In this document: piece after piece, positions 49,526-63,689 of the stretch
How positions within the stretch are numbered: position 1 is the stretch's first letter
How the letters are laid out: each line of letters opens with the position of its first letter
Origin: Octopus bimaculoides
Lineage: Eukaryota
DNA length: 64,000 nt
NCBI RefSeq assembly: GCF_001194135.2
Contig: NC_068982.1
Coordinates: 178,134,036-178,198,035, forward strand
Reading direction: 5' to 3'
Program-made: the position numbers and the translations under genes
The notes under the pieces: generated by a model
The model's input: the letters and a program-made list of their open reading frames with translations, nothing else
What the model was told of the DNA's origin: nothing
Databases searched by the model: none

Positions 49526-52500
49526 TATACATTTTATTGTGTTTTTTTAGCAGAATACTTTCCTCTACATTGTCTGTTAGCTTTCTGAAGAAGGTAGTGA
49601 ATGAATCATCTGAAAGACCTTCAGAAGCATTTACACTTATCACTTCCCTTCTGAGATTTAGTATTTTCAATCATTTTTTTCTTGCACCCTTAGAGTTGTG
49701 TCTCATGAATGTAACATTTAATGTGATATTATTAATGTCCAGGTACTATTGTATCTCTATACTCTGATTCACATTCATTACCTATTACCTACCACTACAC
49801 AGCATCATGCTTCAATGTAGTTGCTAGAAATAGCAGACAAATCTCTCAAGTCTAACTCCTACAGTCTTAAAAAGTGCAAGGTGCACACATTGGATAATGT
49901 AGTCTTAAATACAATGTGAATGAAAAATAAAGGTGAGATAGTCATAGCTGAAATGTCTTTGGTCATGCACTTGCTTGGTTAGAGCTGATGTGAAGCTAAA
50001 CAACAAGAACTAGAACAACAGCTTTTACACATGGTCTATTTTTTACATGACCGATGCCTTTTGTTGCCAGCAGAAGCAAGAGCTCCTTGAAATTCTTCTA
50101 CCCCTTCCTTATTATTTGCTCACTACAGAGATTACCTAACAGAAACTATTAACTGTTTAGTGAGAATGTAAGCTATCCAAGGTAATTATTTCATTATAGT
50201 TTCTACTTCTAATTATTGTACATCAAATATCCTCATTTTCAGCCAGTCTACCTTTTCTGTACTCATTTCTTGCACTGAGTGGTAATCTCCTACATATCAA
50301 ATAAGGTCATTTCCCAGATGGCACTGCAATTTTGTGTTCTTTATTAATAGTTAGAACTGTGGTCATTATGGTTTTGATTCTCAATGCTTTATTCCCTACT
50401 AAGCAGCCGGTTTAAAATTTTTTGTTTAGCTCTGTTTCTACTCTGAAGACTTAGATCTTCAGCATATAAAAGCTTTCAAGGACAACCAGTCCTGCAATCT
50501 GATGCTTTTATTTGATGGTAGTTAAAAACACAGCCCCAGTGAACACTTACCTATCTGTTCACTAAATTCTTCATTGAATTTGTTGCATTCTTGTACATGG
50601 TTTGACCAACTCTTACACAAGTCATTCTTTTACACTTAGTGCTCACTAGGCCTCTGAGTGTCAACCTAGTAGAGTTATCTGCTCTTCTTTAATAATTCAG
50701 TTGGTCCAGATGAACTATGGTATATGCTCTTGCATAAAACTGGTTGTTATGCTTTTGAACCACGTGGGAAATTGTGCTTACTATAAGTAGTTTTCATGAT
50801 ATTATGTTTTATAAATAGCTTTCATATTATAATTGTTTTTTCTGAACTAGTAAAGAAATAAAAAAAAAGATAGGCTTGGAAAGATTGGAAGAAAGTGGGC
50901 ATCAGAGAGCAATACCAAGAAGCTAGATGTCTGGTATACTTTGCTGGATGGGAAGCAGAAAGTAAGTAGTTCACATATGTTTTGTGATGTGAGACCTGAA
51001 ATGTTTCAGATTGCAAGACAGTGTACCATTGAATTATAACTGAGGAGAAGCACATACAAATGGATAATAGCACACTTGCTTTCTTTCTCCCTTCATAAGG
51101 CCTAAGTAATTATGCCTCCCATCACAAAGCCTGGGAGGGGCTGCTTTATTCTCCTGTACTGCTAACCATTACTTCCTCTCCCTGACATCATTCTGTTATT
51201 GATATCTATCAATCTCTTGCCATCACCAACTTGACCACTTTCTCTCACCAACTAACTTGTTATTGACATTCATTACTCTCTTACCACTGACCATTTCTAT
51301 GCCTGTCCACCTCTCCCTCTTTTCCACCTGCAAAGTTGTAGCTCTTGTCATATTATCACTTCCTTCTTCCTTTCACCTCAGTTTATCTTCTGCAATCACC
51401 CTTTCTCCAGCTCCCTCTGTGGTTGTTTCTCCCTCTCATTCCAATCACCACAATCACTTAGTTTCTCTCCATCACACTCTCACTTCTATGTCTCTTTCAT
51501 TCTACTATTGGTTCCATAATAAAATGCACCCAGTACACTCTATAAAGAGGTTAGTGTTAGGAGGACATCCAACCACAGAAAACATACCAAAAATAAAAAA
51601 ATATAAGAGAGATGTGTTTCTCTTCCTGGCCCATTGGGAGCTGGGAGTGCAGGTAATTTCAAATAAGAACTGCCTTGAATCATGACAATCCATTCAACAC
51701 ATGCCAGCATGGAAAGTAGATGCAAAACAATGATGATGTTATTTTTCATTTATTCTTTATTGAGAGCTATATCATTTGGCATTTAGCAAGAACTTTCAAA
51801 CCTTAGTTCTTTCATCATCATCGTCATCATACATGTTTTCCATGCTGGCATTGGTAGGACGATTTGACCAGAGCTGACAAGCTGGAGAGTCTGACTTGGC
51901 TTGGTTTCTATGACAGGATACCTTTCCTAATGCCAACCACTTTACTGTGTGTGCCGGGTGCTTTTAACATTCTGAGTTTCAAATACTAAAGGTAGCTGAG
52001 AAATATATTTAATCATCTTCAGTACTCTGTTGATTCAGATTATCTTTCTTGTACTCCTAAAACACAACTTTCACAATGTATTTTGTTTAACAACATCTGT
52101 TTTATCACCACCCACAAAACACCACTGTTTAAAATCTCTTTAAATTGGTGAAGATTAATATCACTTTATTTTTGAAATACCGTTGTTTTATGTTGAGATA
52201 AGTATTGATGGTATTATAACATGTACAGCATACTATTCTTGGCCATTCCAAATTATGATGCTTTCCATTCTAATTATGGTTTACTTTATCCCTATTTTGA
52301 CCCTCATTGTTCCATCATTCCCTTTCTGCACCTAGTTGTCTTGTTAATTAATATATGTAGCATTTCACTGGTATCTTATTTTGTTTAGAATCATTAATAT
52401 TGTAAGCTTATGATATAGGTGCAGGCATGGCTATTCAGTTAAGAGGTTCATGTCAGACCCACATAGTTAGGGTTTCAATCCTTCTAGATGTTGTTGAATG

Positions 52501-53147
52501 GCATTTAATACTATAACTGCAAATTGACCAATACCTTGTGTGTGAAATTGATAGATGGAAACTGAAAAAGCTTGATGTGTGTGTGTGTGTGTGTGCATGT
52601 ACACGCGAGTAAGTTCATATTTCTCTTTGTCTTCATGTGTGTGCATGCACACGCGAGTAAGTTCATATTTCTCTTTGTCTTCATGTGTGTTTGCTGATTG
52701 TAAACAAAAGTATCACTATTCATACAGGTCGTGTTGTTTGTTTGCAGTCTACTGCCAAAGCACGTCAGGATTTTTTGAGATATCGCATGATGTTTGTAAA
52801 CAAAGAATGCATTCAAATGATGCTGTTTGTTTCCAGTTTCCAATGTAACTTTATCCAAGCTGTTTGTTTTCCAGTAGGTGGGGATTATTACCTTGCTTAG
52901 AAACAGCTGGAGGTTGGCATCCGGAAGAGCATCCAGTTGTAGAAAACTCTGCTTTAACATAATTTTGTCTGACCTATGCAAGCATGGAAAAATAGACATT
53001 AAGATGATGATGATGATTGTATTGATCTTATGAGACTTTTATTTTATTAACAATGTTGAATATTATTTTATGAAATTTATTTGGTAAAGTTCTTTAATTC
53101 TATCCTTTTTAACATATTTCAAATTTCTGTTTATTGTCTTTTGGCAG

Positions 53148-53303
53148 GTGTCAATTTTGGAATCACTGGATAAGCCTGGTCAGTTGCTGTGTGTGGCCAA
53201 CACCCATCTTTATTTCTATCCAACTGCTGATAACATACGTCTGATACAGATAGCTGCTTGTATGAAGCATTTAGAACATATAAAAGAAATGTACAAGAAC
53301 AAG
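53148..53303 (+). CDS. PDE12: PDE12 exon 5 (VSILESLDKPGQLLCVANTHLYFYPTADNIRLIQ...)
   Basis: ANTHLY and IRLIQ motifs; ttggcag acceptor, AAG|gtaaat donor. Confidence 0.95.
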
Positions 53304-53861
53304 GTAAATTATTGACACTTTTATAAGATTTTTTTTTATCTCTCAGATGATGTTTTATTATGTTGCTATTTTCTTGTTTTCTTTTGTATTGTTATTCATT
53401 ATAAATGAGATTCTGCCTGATTTTTTTTGCTCCTTATATGGAGTGATCAATTATCATTTCAAGATTTAATTGTTTGCTATCTGGTGGATTTTTCTATATC
53501 TGGATGCCCTTCCTGTCACCACCCTTACCTGTTTCCAAGTAAATATTTCCTCATGTCAATGTTTTCACAGATGATTGAAATGAAAGGCATCACTCGCATG
53601 ATGGTGATACTCATTTACAACTATCACATGATGTGAAGGCAAGGAAACAGTAGCACACAAGCACACAAACATACACACATGAGAGCTTCTTTCAGTTTCC
53701 ATCTACTAAATCCACACACAAAGCTTTGGTTGGCCTTAGGCTATAATCGAAGATACTTGCCCAAGGTGCCACTGAGTGGGTCTGAATCCAAAACCATGTG
53801 GTTGGGAAGCAAACTTCATACCAACAGCCTTGATTGTTGTAGAAATTGAAAGATTAAAATT

Positions 53862-54790
53862 TGTCAAGGAAAGGGGCTAGATCTTTGAGCACACTGTTTG
53901 AAGGTAATGGAGTGGATTTTGTTAGGACTAGTTTCCTTGTTGGATTGGAAGGATAAATTTCCACACATGGCAACTGTGTATTTGTGGTGGTGAGATAAAT
54001 GGAGTAGGAGAGATTGGGAGCAGTTTTGTTGTCTGAGTCCAATGTGGAGTTTGAAGCCAGATAGGCAGCAAATGCAGTGGCTTTATCTTTAGGAGTTCTA
54101 TATAGAGAGCCATATTAACTGTGAATTGGCAGCTAAGAGGATTCTACAAAGTTAGTAGTGATTCCTACTGGAGATGGATAAGAAGTTTTGGCTTTAATGT
54201 AGGCAGTGAAAGAACTAGCAGGTCATATGATGCATGAAAGTATTGCTTGTATTCCCAATGGTCTTCTGTTATTGTTCTTTGTTTGTACTACTGTTGCACA
54301 GTTTTACATGACGACTGGGGATGTGTGAAGTTGTAGGATTTGGTCTTATGATGGGGTGTAAGAAGATGTACATAGGTATTGGTTACCTGCTTAACTGTCT
54401 TGTATCATTCAAATACAAAGCACCTTAACTGTCATGAGTATTCCTGCAAGAACTGGCAGCATTCAAAACAGTGTTTCGAAGTGGTGTGTTGTTGGAAAAT
54501 GTGAGGTGTGTTGTTGTGGGTAATAGCTGATCTGATTGGGACAAAGAGGATGATAGTTGTGGGAGGGGTTTAGAAGTGAGAAAGAAGTTAGAATGTTTTG
54601 AAAGTTGGTGTTAGGTCAGAGATATGGAATACTTGCTAATGTGTTTTAATAACAAGCGATTTGACTTCTTTGCTAGTGCTATTAGCGTGGAAAGAATTTG
54701 AGAGTCATGAGGAACTGTGTGTCTTAAAGCTGATGACTTCAGAGTCAGATGAGGTGAAATAGCTTCGAATGCTGGTAGCTAGAGAATTCT
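53862..54790 (-). mobile_element. Degraded CR1/Jockey-like LINE ORF2 fragment
   Basis: KDKATAFAAYLASNSTLDSD..P...KS.P....VLKDLAP resembles the recalled EN-RT linker of CR1-group LINEs; heavily disrupted. Confidence 0.5.
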
Positions 54791-54867
54791 ACTTGACTCG
54801 AGATGATCAGTTATCTGTAGTCAGATGTTTTGAAAATTTGTATGATTCTAACAGGATGATAAACATG

Positions 54868-54921
<54 letters not shown>

Positions 54922-55624
54922 AACATAAAATCATTGGCAAACATTAGAGTAGGAAATTAAATGTGCAAGAGAAGTATATCAAACAATGTTTAAAACTATT
55001 TTTCTTCCAGCCAGTCAATTAGTTATCTACCAACACTCGTTATTTACCTCTTTTCATGTGGACTATATTGCTTGCTACTTGTTTATTCTTGAACAAGATG
55101 TAACATTGGAATGTAGACTGTTTGGTCTTTCATTTATCCAACCATCTCTTTATTTGTCACCTTTTAATATTATAAATTATTCAAACCAAGCTAGTGTGAT
55201 AAATTTAAGGAATAATGATCTTTTTTCTTATGTAAATGGCAGGCAGATTAGCTCTGCCAACATTAAAGGAGTTAAAATATTAAGTTTTATCTGTTTATAT
55301 ACTTTTATTTATTGTAATAGTTAACCATTTACTCTGTGGCTAATGAATTATTGCATGGATCTAAGTATTCAAGGAGTGGGACATACAATATCCCGTAAGT
55401 CAGACTGTCCCATGGCCCCAGCAGACGAAATGGAAAAGGCATTGCCCTAGAGGATAGTGAGGGAGGTGTGCTTTCTTATGCATATGACAATTTCATAGAG
55501 AAGAAAGTATATAAATGAATGTCTCACTTATATTAGTATCAAGTTATGAATTTGGGTGTCTACAGTATTTGAGCATTTAAGTCTGAAATGTGATGTGCTG
55601 ATTACAGCTTGGTCCTTTACCAGT

Positions 55625-55705
55625 TGTTAAACCGGTAATAATATTGATCCAAAAAACTGGTAATAATATTGATCCAACAAACCAGTAATAATATTGATCC
55701 AACAA
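55625..55705. repeat. 25-bp tandem repeat aaacc(g/a)gtaataatattgatccaac x3
   Basis: Direct inspection. Confidence 0.85.
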
Positions 55706-55859
55706 ATTTGATTCAATATCAGTTCCTTGATGTGATGAATCTCAAAGTAGTTCTATTTTTATTGCTTGTTTACTTTAACATAAATTAACTTATCTAAGAT
55801 AATTTAACATAAACAACACAAATAATAGTCTCTCATTATTTCTCCTTTTTTTTTTTTAG

Positions 55860-55971
55860 GGTCAGAATATATCATTAGTTTTCTGTGGTGATTTCAACAG
55901 TGATCCTGAGCGAGGAGTGAATTTATTCATGACAACAGGAAGCATAACAGCAGATTTTAAAGAATGGAAAT
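55860..55971 (+). CDS. PDE12: PDE12 exon 6 (GQNISLVFCGDFNSDPERGV...KEWK)
   Basis: Catalytic GDFNS motif; poly-T ag acceptor, T|gtaatg phase-1 donor. Confidence 0.93.
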
Positions 55972-55984
55972 GTAATGTATATAT

Positions 55985-56155
55985 TTTCACATTTACATAT
56001 CATCATCATCATCATCATCATCGTTTAACGTCCGCTTTCCATGCTAGCATGGGTTGGACGATTTGACTGAGGACTGGTGAAACCGGATGGCAACACCAGG
56101 CTCCAATCTAATTTGGCAGAGTTTCTACAGCTGGATGCCCTTCCTAACGCCAACT
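55985..56155 (-). mobile_element. Young-subfamily RTE tail in PDE12 intron 6
   Basis: (CAT)n-gtttaacgtccgctttccatgctagcatggg... Confidence 0.8.
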
Positions 56156-57289
56156 CACATATACACACTTATATGTTAATTAATTCTGATTTAAAATTAA
56201 AAGTAAGAAAAAAATTTTAAAGATTTGATGTGGGATTTGAAATATGAGGTAAAGTGATGGTTTGCGAATGAGATAGATTCCTGAAGGGAAAACGTTGTAA
56301 ACGTGGTTGTAGAACTTGCCATATACATAAATGCTGTCGAACCAACAATTTAAAAGCAAGGGAAGTTATTCATACTTAAGTTTCTTACTTGGTTAACAAA
56401 AATTGTAGGTTTCCAGGTATTTATTTACTTATTAACAATATTTCTAAACTAATTTCTATTTTTTCTGTCTTGTGTAGTATTCTTGATTGTAGAAAATGTT
56501 CTATTTAGTTTGTTTTTTTAATAAATCGCTTTGATAATACACTGTAAAAACTATTTGACTTTCATAATTATTTTATCAATATAATTTATTTTATTAATAT
56601 AATTTATTTTATTAATATAATATCTCTATACTATAGATTTCAGTTAGAGTGAAGTCTTGTTTATATATAATCTTGATTAAAAAAAATCATACTTTATTAA
56701 TGTTTATCAGATAAAATGTTAGGTATTTAACATAGCAATATATCAACTTGACAACCATTTTCTCATTCTGTTATAAGCTGGACAAATCTGCAATACAATT
56801 GCTTTTAATTTATCTTGTTCTTACATCATCTGATATATAAAATTTAATTTTCTAAGGTCTGTTCTAACAATCTTGTAATTTTATCTTGTGCTTGTCATTT
56901 CACCCAGCATAAGATAGTTATTTGTATTAAATACTTGTGAAATTATCTTTTCTTTAACTCATTTGTATGTGAATCTATTTCCCTAGCTCACTTCATATAT
57001 ATATATATATATATATATATAAGGGCCTTAGAGTCAACCTAGCTTAAACCAAAGTCCTAATAAGTAGGAAGGCAGACAAACCACAAACCCCTTCAGGTAG
57101 ATGACCCTGCTTGATCTGTAGAAAAGCGTAGGTAGAAACTCTATAAGATGTGCCCTTTGTAAGCTATGGACACATAAGAGGTGCAGCAATATCAAAGGAA
57201 GGCTAACTAGCAAGATAGTTTTTGTATGTGGCAGATGCTCAGGAGCAATAAACACTAAAACTGTGCAGAGAACAACTTCTGCCACATTC

Positions 57290-58463
57290 CAGGGAGAAAA
57301 ACTAGAAGTAGTTGATAGCTTCCGTTACCTAGGTGACCACGGGGGTGGGTGCTCTGAAAGTGTAGCTGCTTGAATAAGAATAGCCTGGGCAAAGTTCAGA
57401 GAGCTCCTACCTCTGCTGGTGACAAAGGGCCTCTTGCTCAGAGTAAAAAGTACGAACAACCATGCTACATGGCAGTGAAACATGGGCCATGACTGCTGAG
57501 GACATGTGTAAGCTTGCAATGAATGAAGCCAGTATGGTCTGATGGATGTGTAATGTCAGTGTGCATACTTGACAGACTATAAGTGCCTTGAGAGAAAAGT
57601 TGGACCTAAGAAGCATCAGATGTGGTGTGCAAGAGAGATGATTGCACTGGTATGATCATGTGGTGCAAATGGATGAGGATAGCCGTGTAAAAAAGTGTCA
57701 CGCCCTAGTGGTTGAGGGAAACTGTGGAAGAGGTAGACCCAGGAAGACCTGAGATGAGGTGGTGAAGCACAGCCTTTGAACATTATGCCTCACCGAGGCA
57801 ATGACTTGTGACTGAGACCTTTGGAAATATGCTGTGCATGAGAAAACCTGACAAGCCAAGTGAGACCATAGTCCGTGGCCTATGCCAGTCGTGTAACCAG
57901 CCCACTGAGGCAAACCTTTCTGTCATTGGACACTAAACTCTGCTTGCGAAGATCTGTTGAGGCAAGTGAAATCGAAATCAAATTCGATGACAGCACCGCA
58001 TGACTGGCATCCGTGCTAGTGGAGCACTAAGAACACCATCTGAGCGTGACCGTTGCCAGGGCTGCTAACTGGACTCCGTGCCAGTGGCACATAAAAAGAA
58101 CCATTCAAGCATGATCGTTACCAGCGTCGCCTTACTGGCACTTGTGCCAGTGGTACGTGAAAAACAACATTCGAGTAAGGGCGCTGCCAGTGTTGCTGGA
58201 CTGGCACCTGTGCAGGTGACACGTAAAAATACCATTTGAGCGTGGCCGTTGCCAGTACCGCCTGGCTGGCCCTCGTGCCGGTGGCATGTAAAAGCACCCA
58301 CTACACTCTTGGAGTGGTTGGCGTTAGGAAGGGCATCCAGCTGTAGAAACTCTGCCAAATCAGATTGGAGCCTGGTGCAGCCATCTAGCTTACCAGTTGC
58401 CAGTCAAACCGTCCAACCCATGCCAGCATGGAAAGCAGATGTTAAACGATGATGATGATGATG

Positions 58464-58464
<1 letters not shown>
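57290..58464 (+). mobile_element. 5'-truncated RTE LINE (RT C-terminus, 3' UTR array, (GAT)n tail)
   Basis: GEKLEVVDSFRYLGD, IAWAKFRELLPLLVTKG, REKLDLRSIRCGVQER.LHWY and GRGRPRKT motifs. Links the many short tails in the window to an RTE parent. Confidence 0.88.
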
Positions 58465-58494
<30 letters not shown>

Positions 58495-59428
58495 NNNNNN
58501 NNNNNNNNNNNNNNNNNNNNNNNNNNNNNNNNNNNNNNNNNNNNNNNNNNNNNNNNNNNNNNNNNNNNNNNNNNNNNNNNNNNNNNNNNNNNNNNNNNNN
58601 NNNNNNNNNNNNNNNNNNNNNNNNNNNNNNNNNNNNNNNNNNNNNNNNNNNNNNNNNNNNNNNNNNNNNNNNNNNNNNNNNNNNNNNNNNNNNNNNNNNN
58701 NNNNNNNNNNNNNNNNNNNNNNNNNNNNNNNNNNNNNNNNNNNNNNNNNNNNNNNNNNNNNNNNNNNNNNNNNNNNNNNNNNNNNNNNNNNNNNNNNNNN
58801 NNNNNNNNNNNNNNNNNNNNNNNNNNNNNNNNNNNNNNNNNNNNNNNNNNNNNNNNNNNNNNNNNNNNNNNNNNNNNNNNNNNCTATCTCCATCTCTTCA
58901 GTGTTCTGTAGGGATGGGTAGATAAAGTTTGGATGTTGAGTGTGCCTCTAGGCTTCTTCAGAGGGACTAAATGGTTAGGAGAGCCAATACATACAAGAAT
59001 CAGTTACCAATAGGTACAGTATATTTTTCTTATTGAAGAGGTCATAAGAAGAACAGGACCAAAACTTAGAGTGTGAGAGGAGTACAACTTAGTAAAATGG
59101 ATTAGGTATAGGAAAGGGAAATAAGTCATAGACTTCCAGTGTTGCCTTCCAAGATTCATGTTATTTTGTCCAGTGGTGGATAGGTGGATATAGTCGTTCT
59201 TAGGAGGAATTTTTTAGGAATGGTGAATTTTGGGAGTGGTTCTCATTTTGTTTACATATAAATACACTTTATGTTTAGAGTGATGGGTTTGGAAGTATGG
59301 TCTGTGTTTTGGAAGTATGGTCTGTGTTTTGGAAGTGGAAGTTTATATATAGGATGCCAGTTGAGTCTTTTTTGCAATGTATCAACATATTCTGTTGATT
59401 AATGTTTTTTTTAAAATTTTTGTTTCAG

Positions 59429-59697
59429 TAAATGGAAGTACGGATTCTATTTTGGGAATGAATTTGAATCACTTCTTTTCTCTGTCCAGTGGTTGTGGCT
59501 ACCCGGTTTATACGAATTATGTTGGTGGTTTCAACGCTACTTTGGACTACATCTTTTATGACAATACATGTTTTGATGTGGCAGAAGTGGTTCCATTACC
59601 TGATGATAGTGAAGTCGTACTGCATACAGCATTGCCCAGTGTTGTGTTCCCGTCAGATCACATTGCCCAAATATGTACTCTAAAGTGGAAGCAATAA
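59429..59697 (+). CDS. PDE12: PDE12 last coding exon (...YTNYVGGFNATLDYIFYD...LPSVVFPSDHIAQICTLKWKQ*)
   Basis: LDYIF and PSDH catalytic motifs and the KWK terminus. Exon sum 902+140+163+133+156+112+269 = 1875 nt = 624 aa plus stop. Confidence 0.96.
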
Positions 59698-59787
59698 TGT
59701 TTTGAAACTTTATAAAAATTTCTGAAAGTAGCTGTAAATGTTTTCTGTTTATACTTTAGATACATGAGAATTCAGTTGAGTGTTGAA

Positions 59788-59791
59788 ATTA

Positions 59792-59854
<63 letters not shown>

Positions 59855-59856
59855 TA

Positions 59857-59922
<66 letters not shown>

Positions 59923-59923
59923 A

Positions 59924-59959
<36 letters not shown>

Positions 59960-60005
59960 TATTATTATTATTAATTATTATTATTATTATTATTTATTAT
60001 TATTA

Positions 60006-60041
<36 letters not shown>

Positions 60042-60074
60042 TATTATTTATTATTATTATTATTATTATCATTA

Positions 60075-60113
<39 letters not shown>

Positions 60114-60126
60114 TATCATTATTATT
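59788..60126. repeat. ~340-bp imperfect (ATT)n microsatellite 90 nt downstream of the PDE12 stop
   Basis: Direct inspection. Confidence 0.95.
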
Positions 60127-60128
60127 AA

Positions 60129-60347
60129 GGTGGCAAGCTGACAGAGTTGTTAGCATGCTGGACAAAATGCTTAGTGGTATTTCATCCATTTTTTATGTTC
60201 TGAGTTCAAACTGCTGTGAGGTCAACTTTGCCTTTCATCCTTTCGGGGTCGATAAAAATAAGTACCAGTTGAGTACTGGGGTTAATGTAATTGACTTTCC
60301 CTTCCCCTCAAAATTTTAGGTCTTATGCTTATAGTAGAAAGGAAAGG

Positions 60348-60397
<50 letters not shown>

Positions 60398-60610
60398 GGC
60401 GGCGAGCTGGCAGAATCGTTAGCATGCTGGACGAAATGCTTAGCAGCATTTCGTTCATTTTTACGTTCTGAGTTCAAATTCCGCTGAGGTTGACTTTGCC
60501 TTTCATCCTTTCGGGGTCGATAAATTAAGTGCCAGTGAAACACTGTGGTCGATGTAATCGACTGTCCCCCTCCCACAAACTTCAGGCCTTGTGCCTTTAG
60601 TAGAAAGAAT
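60129..60610 (+). mobile_element. Two tandem tRNA-derived SINE family B copies (60129-60345, 60398-60610) separated by (ATT)n
   Basis: A-box-like ggcgagctggcagaatcg, B-box-like gagttcaaattcc, and a central gactttgcctttcatcctttcggggtcgataaa that resembles the Meta/MESC SINE domain (from memory). Confidence 0.8.
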
Positions 60611-63600
60611 TATTATTATTATTATTATTATTATTATCATCATTATTATTTTTTTTTTGCAACACTTCCACTCTCCATTTATTGAGCAGGGAACAATTCT
60701 GTTTTGTTCAAAAGTTGTTTTACTATGTTTGAATGTTTATTTTTAAATCATTATATATGGAATTTATTTCCTTTCTGATGGCTTATTGGATGAAAGTGCT
60801 GATGAAAATGCATCACTTTTCTCTATTGATATGATTTATCTTAAAGAGTTCCAGAAGACGAGGAAAATGTTGTTAATAATTCTGAACTAAATCTGTTTAT
60901 TAGTGTCACATCGCACACTTGCTTACATTATGATGTGTAAACACCATGAACAGCCTTGTAACTTGGCTGGAATTAGAATTCTACCAAGAAAAGTAAAAGT
61001 AACAGGTCTGTTTTTCTATATCTGTGATATATCACAACGAAACTAGAAGACTAATTTTTTGAAGAATCTGTTGAATTATCCAGTTAGGAATAAGGTTGTA
61101 TTTCTTTTGACAGTCAATTTTTATTTGTTTATCTACCATTTCAAAGGAGAAATTTTGTTACCAAAAATTGTATTTGATTTAAATTTAAATTTAAAATGTT
61201 TTCCTTTGATGTTTACTTTGATGTGTTTTTTATTTACTTACATTTTTATCTTTGGCATTATATATATATATTTTTGAGAATTTTAGTTTTTTTTTTCTTC
61301 CACAATGTACGGTATGTACATAACATTTTTTTTATTTCTGAGGTTGTGAGAAAATGCTTTTGACATGTCTTCTGATTGAGTTTAGTAATTATCTTAAGAT
61401 GCAACACACAAAATGATATGTGAGTTTATAGAATATGGCATCACATTGCTGTGCCTCATCTTTTAGATCTATATTTCCTTCTATTGTTTTATCAAGTATT
61501 GTAAGACATCATCTACTTATATTAGGTTTCCATGATACAAAGAAATCTACAATTGTCAGAAGGTTTAGTCTATAAAAAACACAAGACACTCTTTAATGAA
61601 ATTTTGCTTGTTTGAATTGTTTGATTTGTAATATTGTTCTTTTTCATAAATCAGTACTTAAAGGGAAAAATGAAAACGAGGTTTGACCATATTAATTTGG
61701 AATGGTCAGTAAATACCTAATATTTCACTTAATCTAATACATATCAAATGTACTTATCCGGATTAGAAACTTTGATAAAATTGTTCCATTTTGTGTCTCC
61801 TTTGTCCATTACTTATGATACTATAATCACAAGTATATAAAGTTTTTGGAAATATTGCTTTGTATCAATTTTCCGGAATTAATTTTAGCTAAAACTTTTT
61901 TTTCTACACTTTGCCATTGATTTTTTGAAATGGCTAAATGCTGCTGTTATTTGTCTATGTTAATGGCTGCCTCAAAAGTATGATTTGATTGATTCTATTC
62001 AGGTTTAACTGGTTATGTTAAATTTACTTGCTCTTCCGCTTTTATCAAAGATAACTTTTTGGTCCAAATGCTGTATAATTTTTACCACTTTTATTGAGGA
62101 AAGTATTTCTATGTGAATTTGAAATATTTTCTGTTGTTTGTCAGAGTTTATTGTATTGACTATGAATGTGGTTTATATCCATCTGTTGGAATAATTAAGG
62201 AGTTCTTCATGTTTATGAAGTATTGAATTTTGTCAAAAGAAGGCAGTTATTTCTGTCTTGTAGTAGTTGAAACTGTAGAATTAAAATTCTACAAAATCTT
62301 TGTATTGAGTCTATAGTTCATTGCTGGTAAGTAAACTAAGAGTCATACAACTAAGTTGAAAATTATATGAGATTCTTAGAATTCCTGTAGAGGAATATAA
62401 TTGCATATTTGCAAAGTATTTTGTGTTCTGTAATTTCAAGCTTCATCTTTAAAGATACAGTGGTTATCTCTTTGCTACAACTTGTAATATAACAAAAAAT
62501 GAGAGAAGGAAGAAACAAGAAAGAAGGTACATGTATTTATTATCTGAATAGCATTATGTCTTATTCTTTTATGTCAGAACAATGATACTAATTTCATTGG
62601 CACCCTTTGCATTACTGGCATTTTTCTTACATCAAAGGGCTTTTTATTCCTTTTACAAGATGCCAACATTTGTGAGGAGCGAGCTTTTGTGAATAAAATC
62701 GAGTCAATGAATATAGAGACTGAGAGAAAGTTGTAGTTTTCAGATTAAGGGATGATATTAGAAAATATCTGCTTCTAAAATTAGCTGATTTCTTGTGATA
62801 GCTGAAGTGATATGACTAAAGTAATGATTGGTTATCAGGGTAACTTTTAGCCAAGAAAATCTCATGAAGTGGTAGTTTGATCATGAGCTAAAATATATGG
62901 TATTTGTATAAAAAAAAATCTGGAAGGAAGCCATTGTTTTAACCTAATATCCAACATGTTTAAATATTGAATGATGGCCATTAATTCTATTATAATATTC
63001 TTCATATTATCACTGATAAATTTTATTCCCATCGATCTTTGTATCCAGCACAGCAAAGCTTTTCACTTATCATTACTTTTGAGCAGAATATTTAAATATT
63101 TATTCTAGTCATACTATGAAAGATATCTTTATCTTTAACCTCAATATTTTCTCAATCTATACTTCCACCTTCTGCATCAAAATAATAATATTTTATTTAT
63201 CTCAATTTACAGTTGTTTTGTTAATGACTGATACAAATTGTTTTAGTTGAGTTTTATGTTGAAAGGCCCTCCAAGACTATTATTATTGGAAAGTATTTAA
63301 ATTTACAACTAACTTCTTTATTATATTTAAATGTATGCAATTCTTTCTTAGGTCTCTTATTGTTTTATAGTAAATGTTTCTCCTTAAAGTATTCTAAATT
63401 TTAAAGTGTCTTTTGCTTGTTTTAAGTGAAGATTTGTATGAGTGACAAAAATATATACATATATAGAAACATAATCTAATGAAACTGAATTTTCATCTGA
63501 TGACTTGAGTTTCATGTCACTGTGAACTTCAGTTGAAAACTTGGCTAGAGATCACAGTAGTATGGAACTTAAATCACGAGACATAAATCCAGTTTCAATA

Positions 63601-63689
63601 AACTGTAAACTCTACACCATGTATTGAGCACTGCTCTTATTTGTTTGACACAATTCAATGTTTGTGGATGCATGTCTATGTGTGTATGT

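Noticed and set aside
49575-49630. CTGAAGA...GAAA hammerhead-like string on the plus strand
   Set aside because: Stem II is weak, there is no valid stem III/NUH register, and a competing local hairpin forms.
59764-60141. 125-aa poly-Y/L/I ORF
   Set aside because: Translation of the (ATT)n microsatellite.
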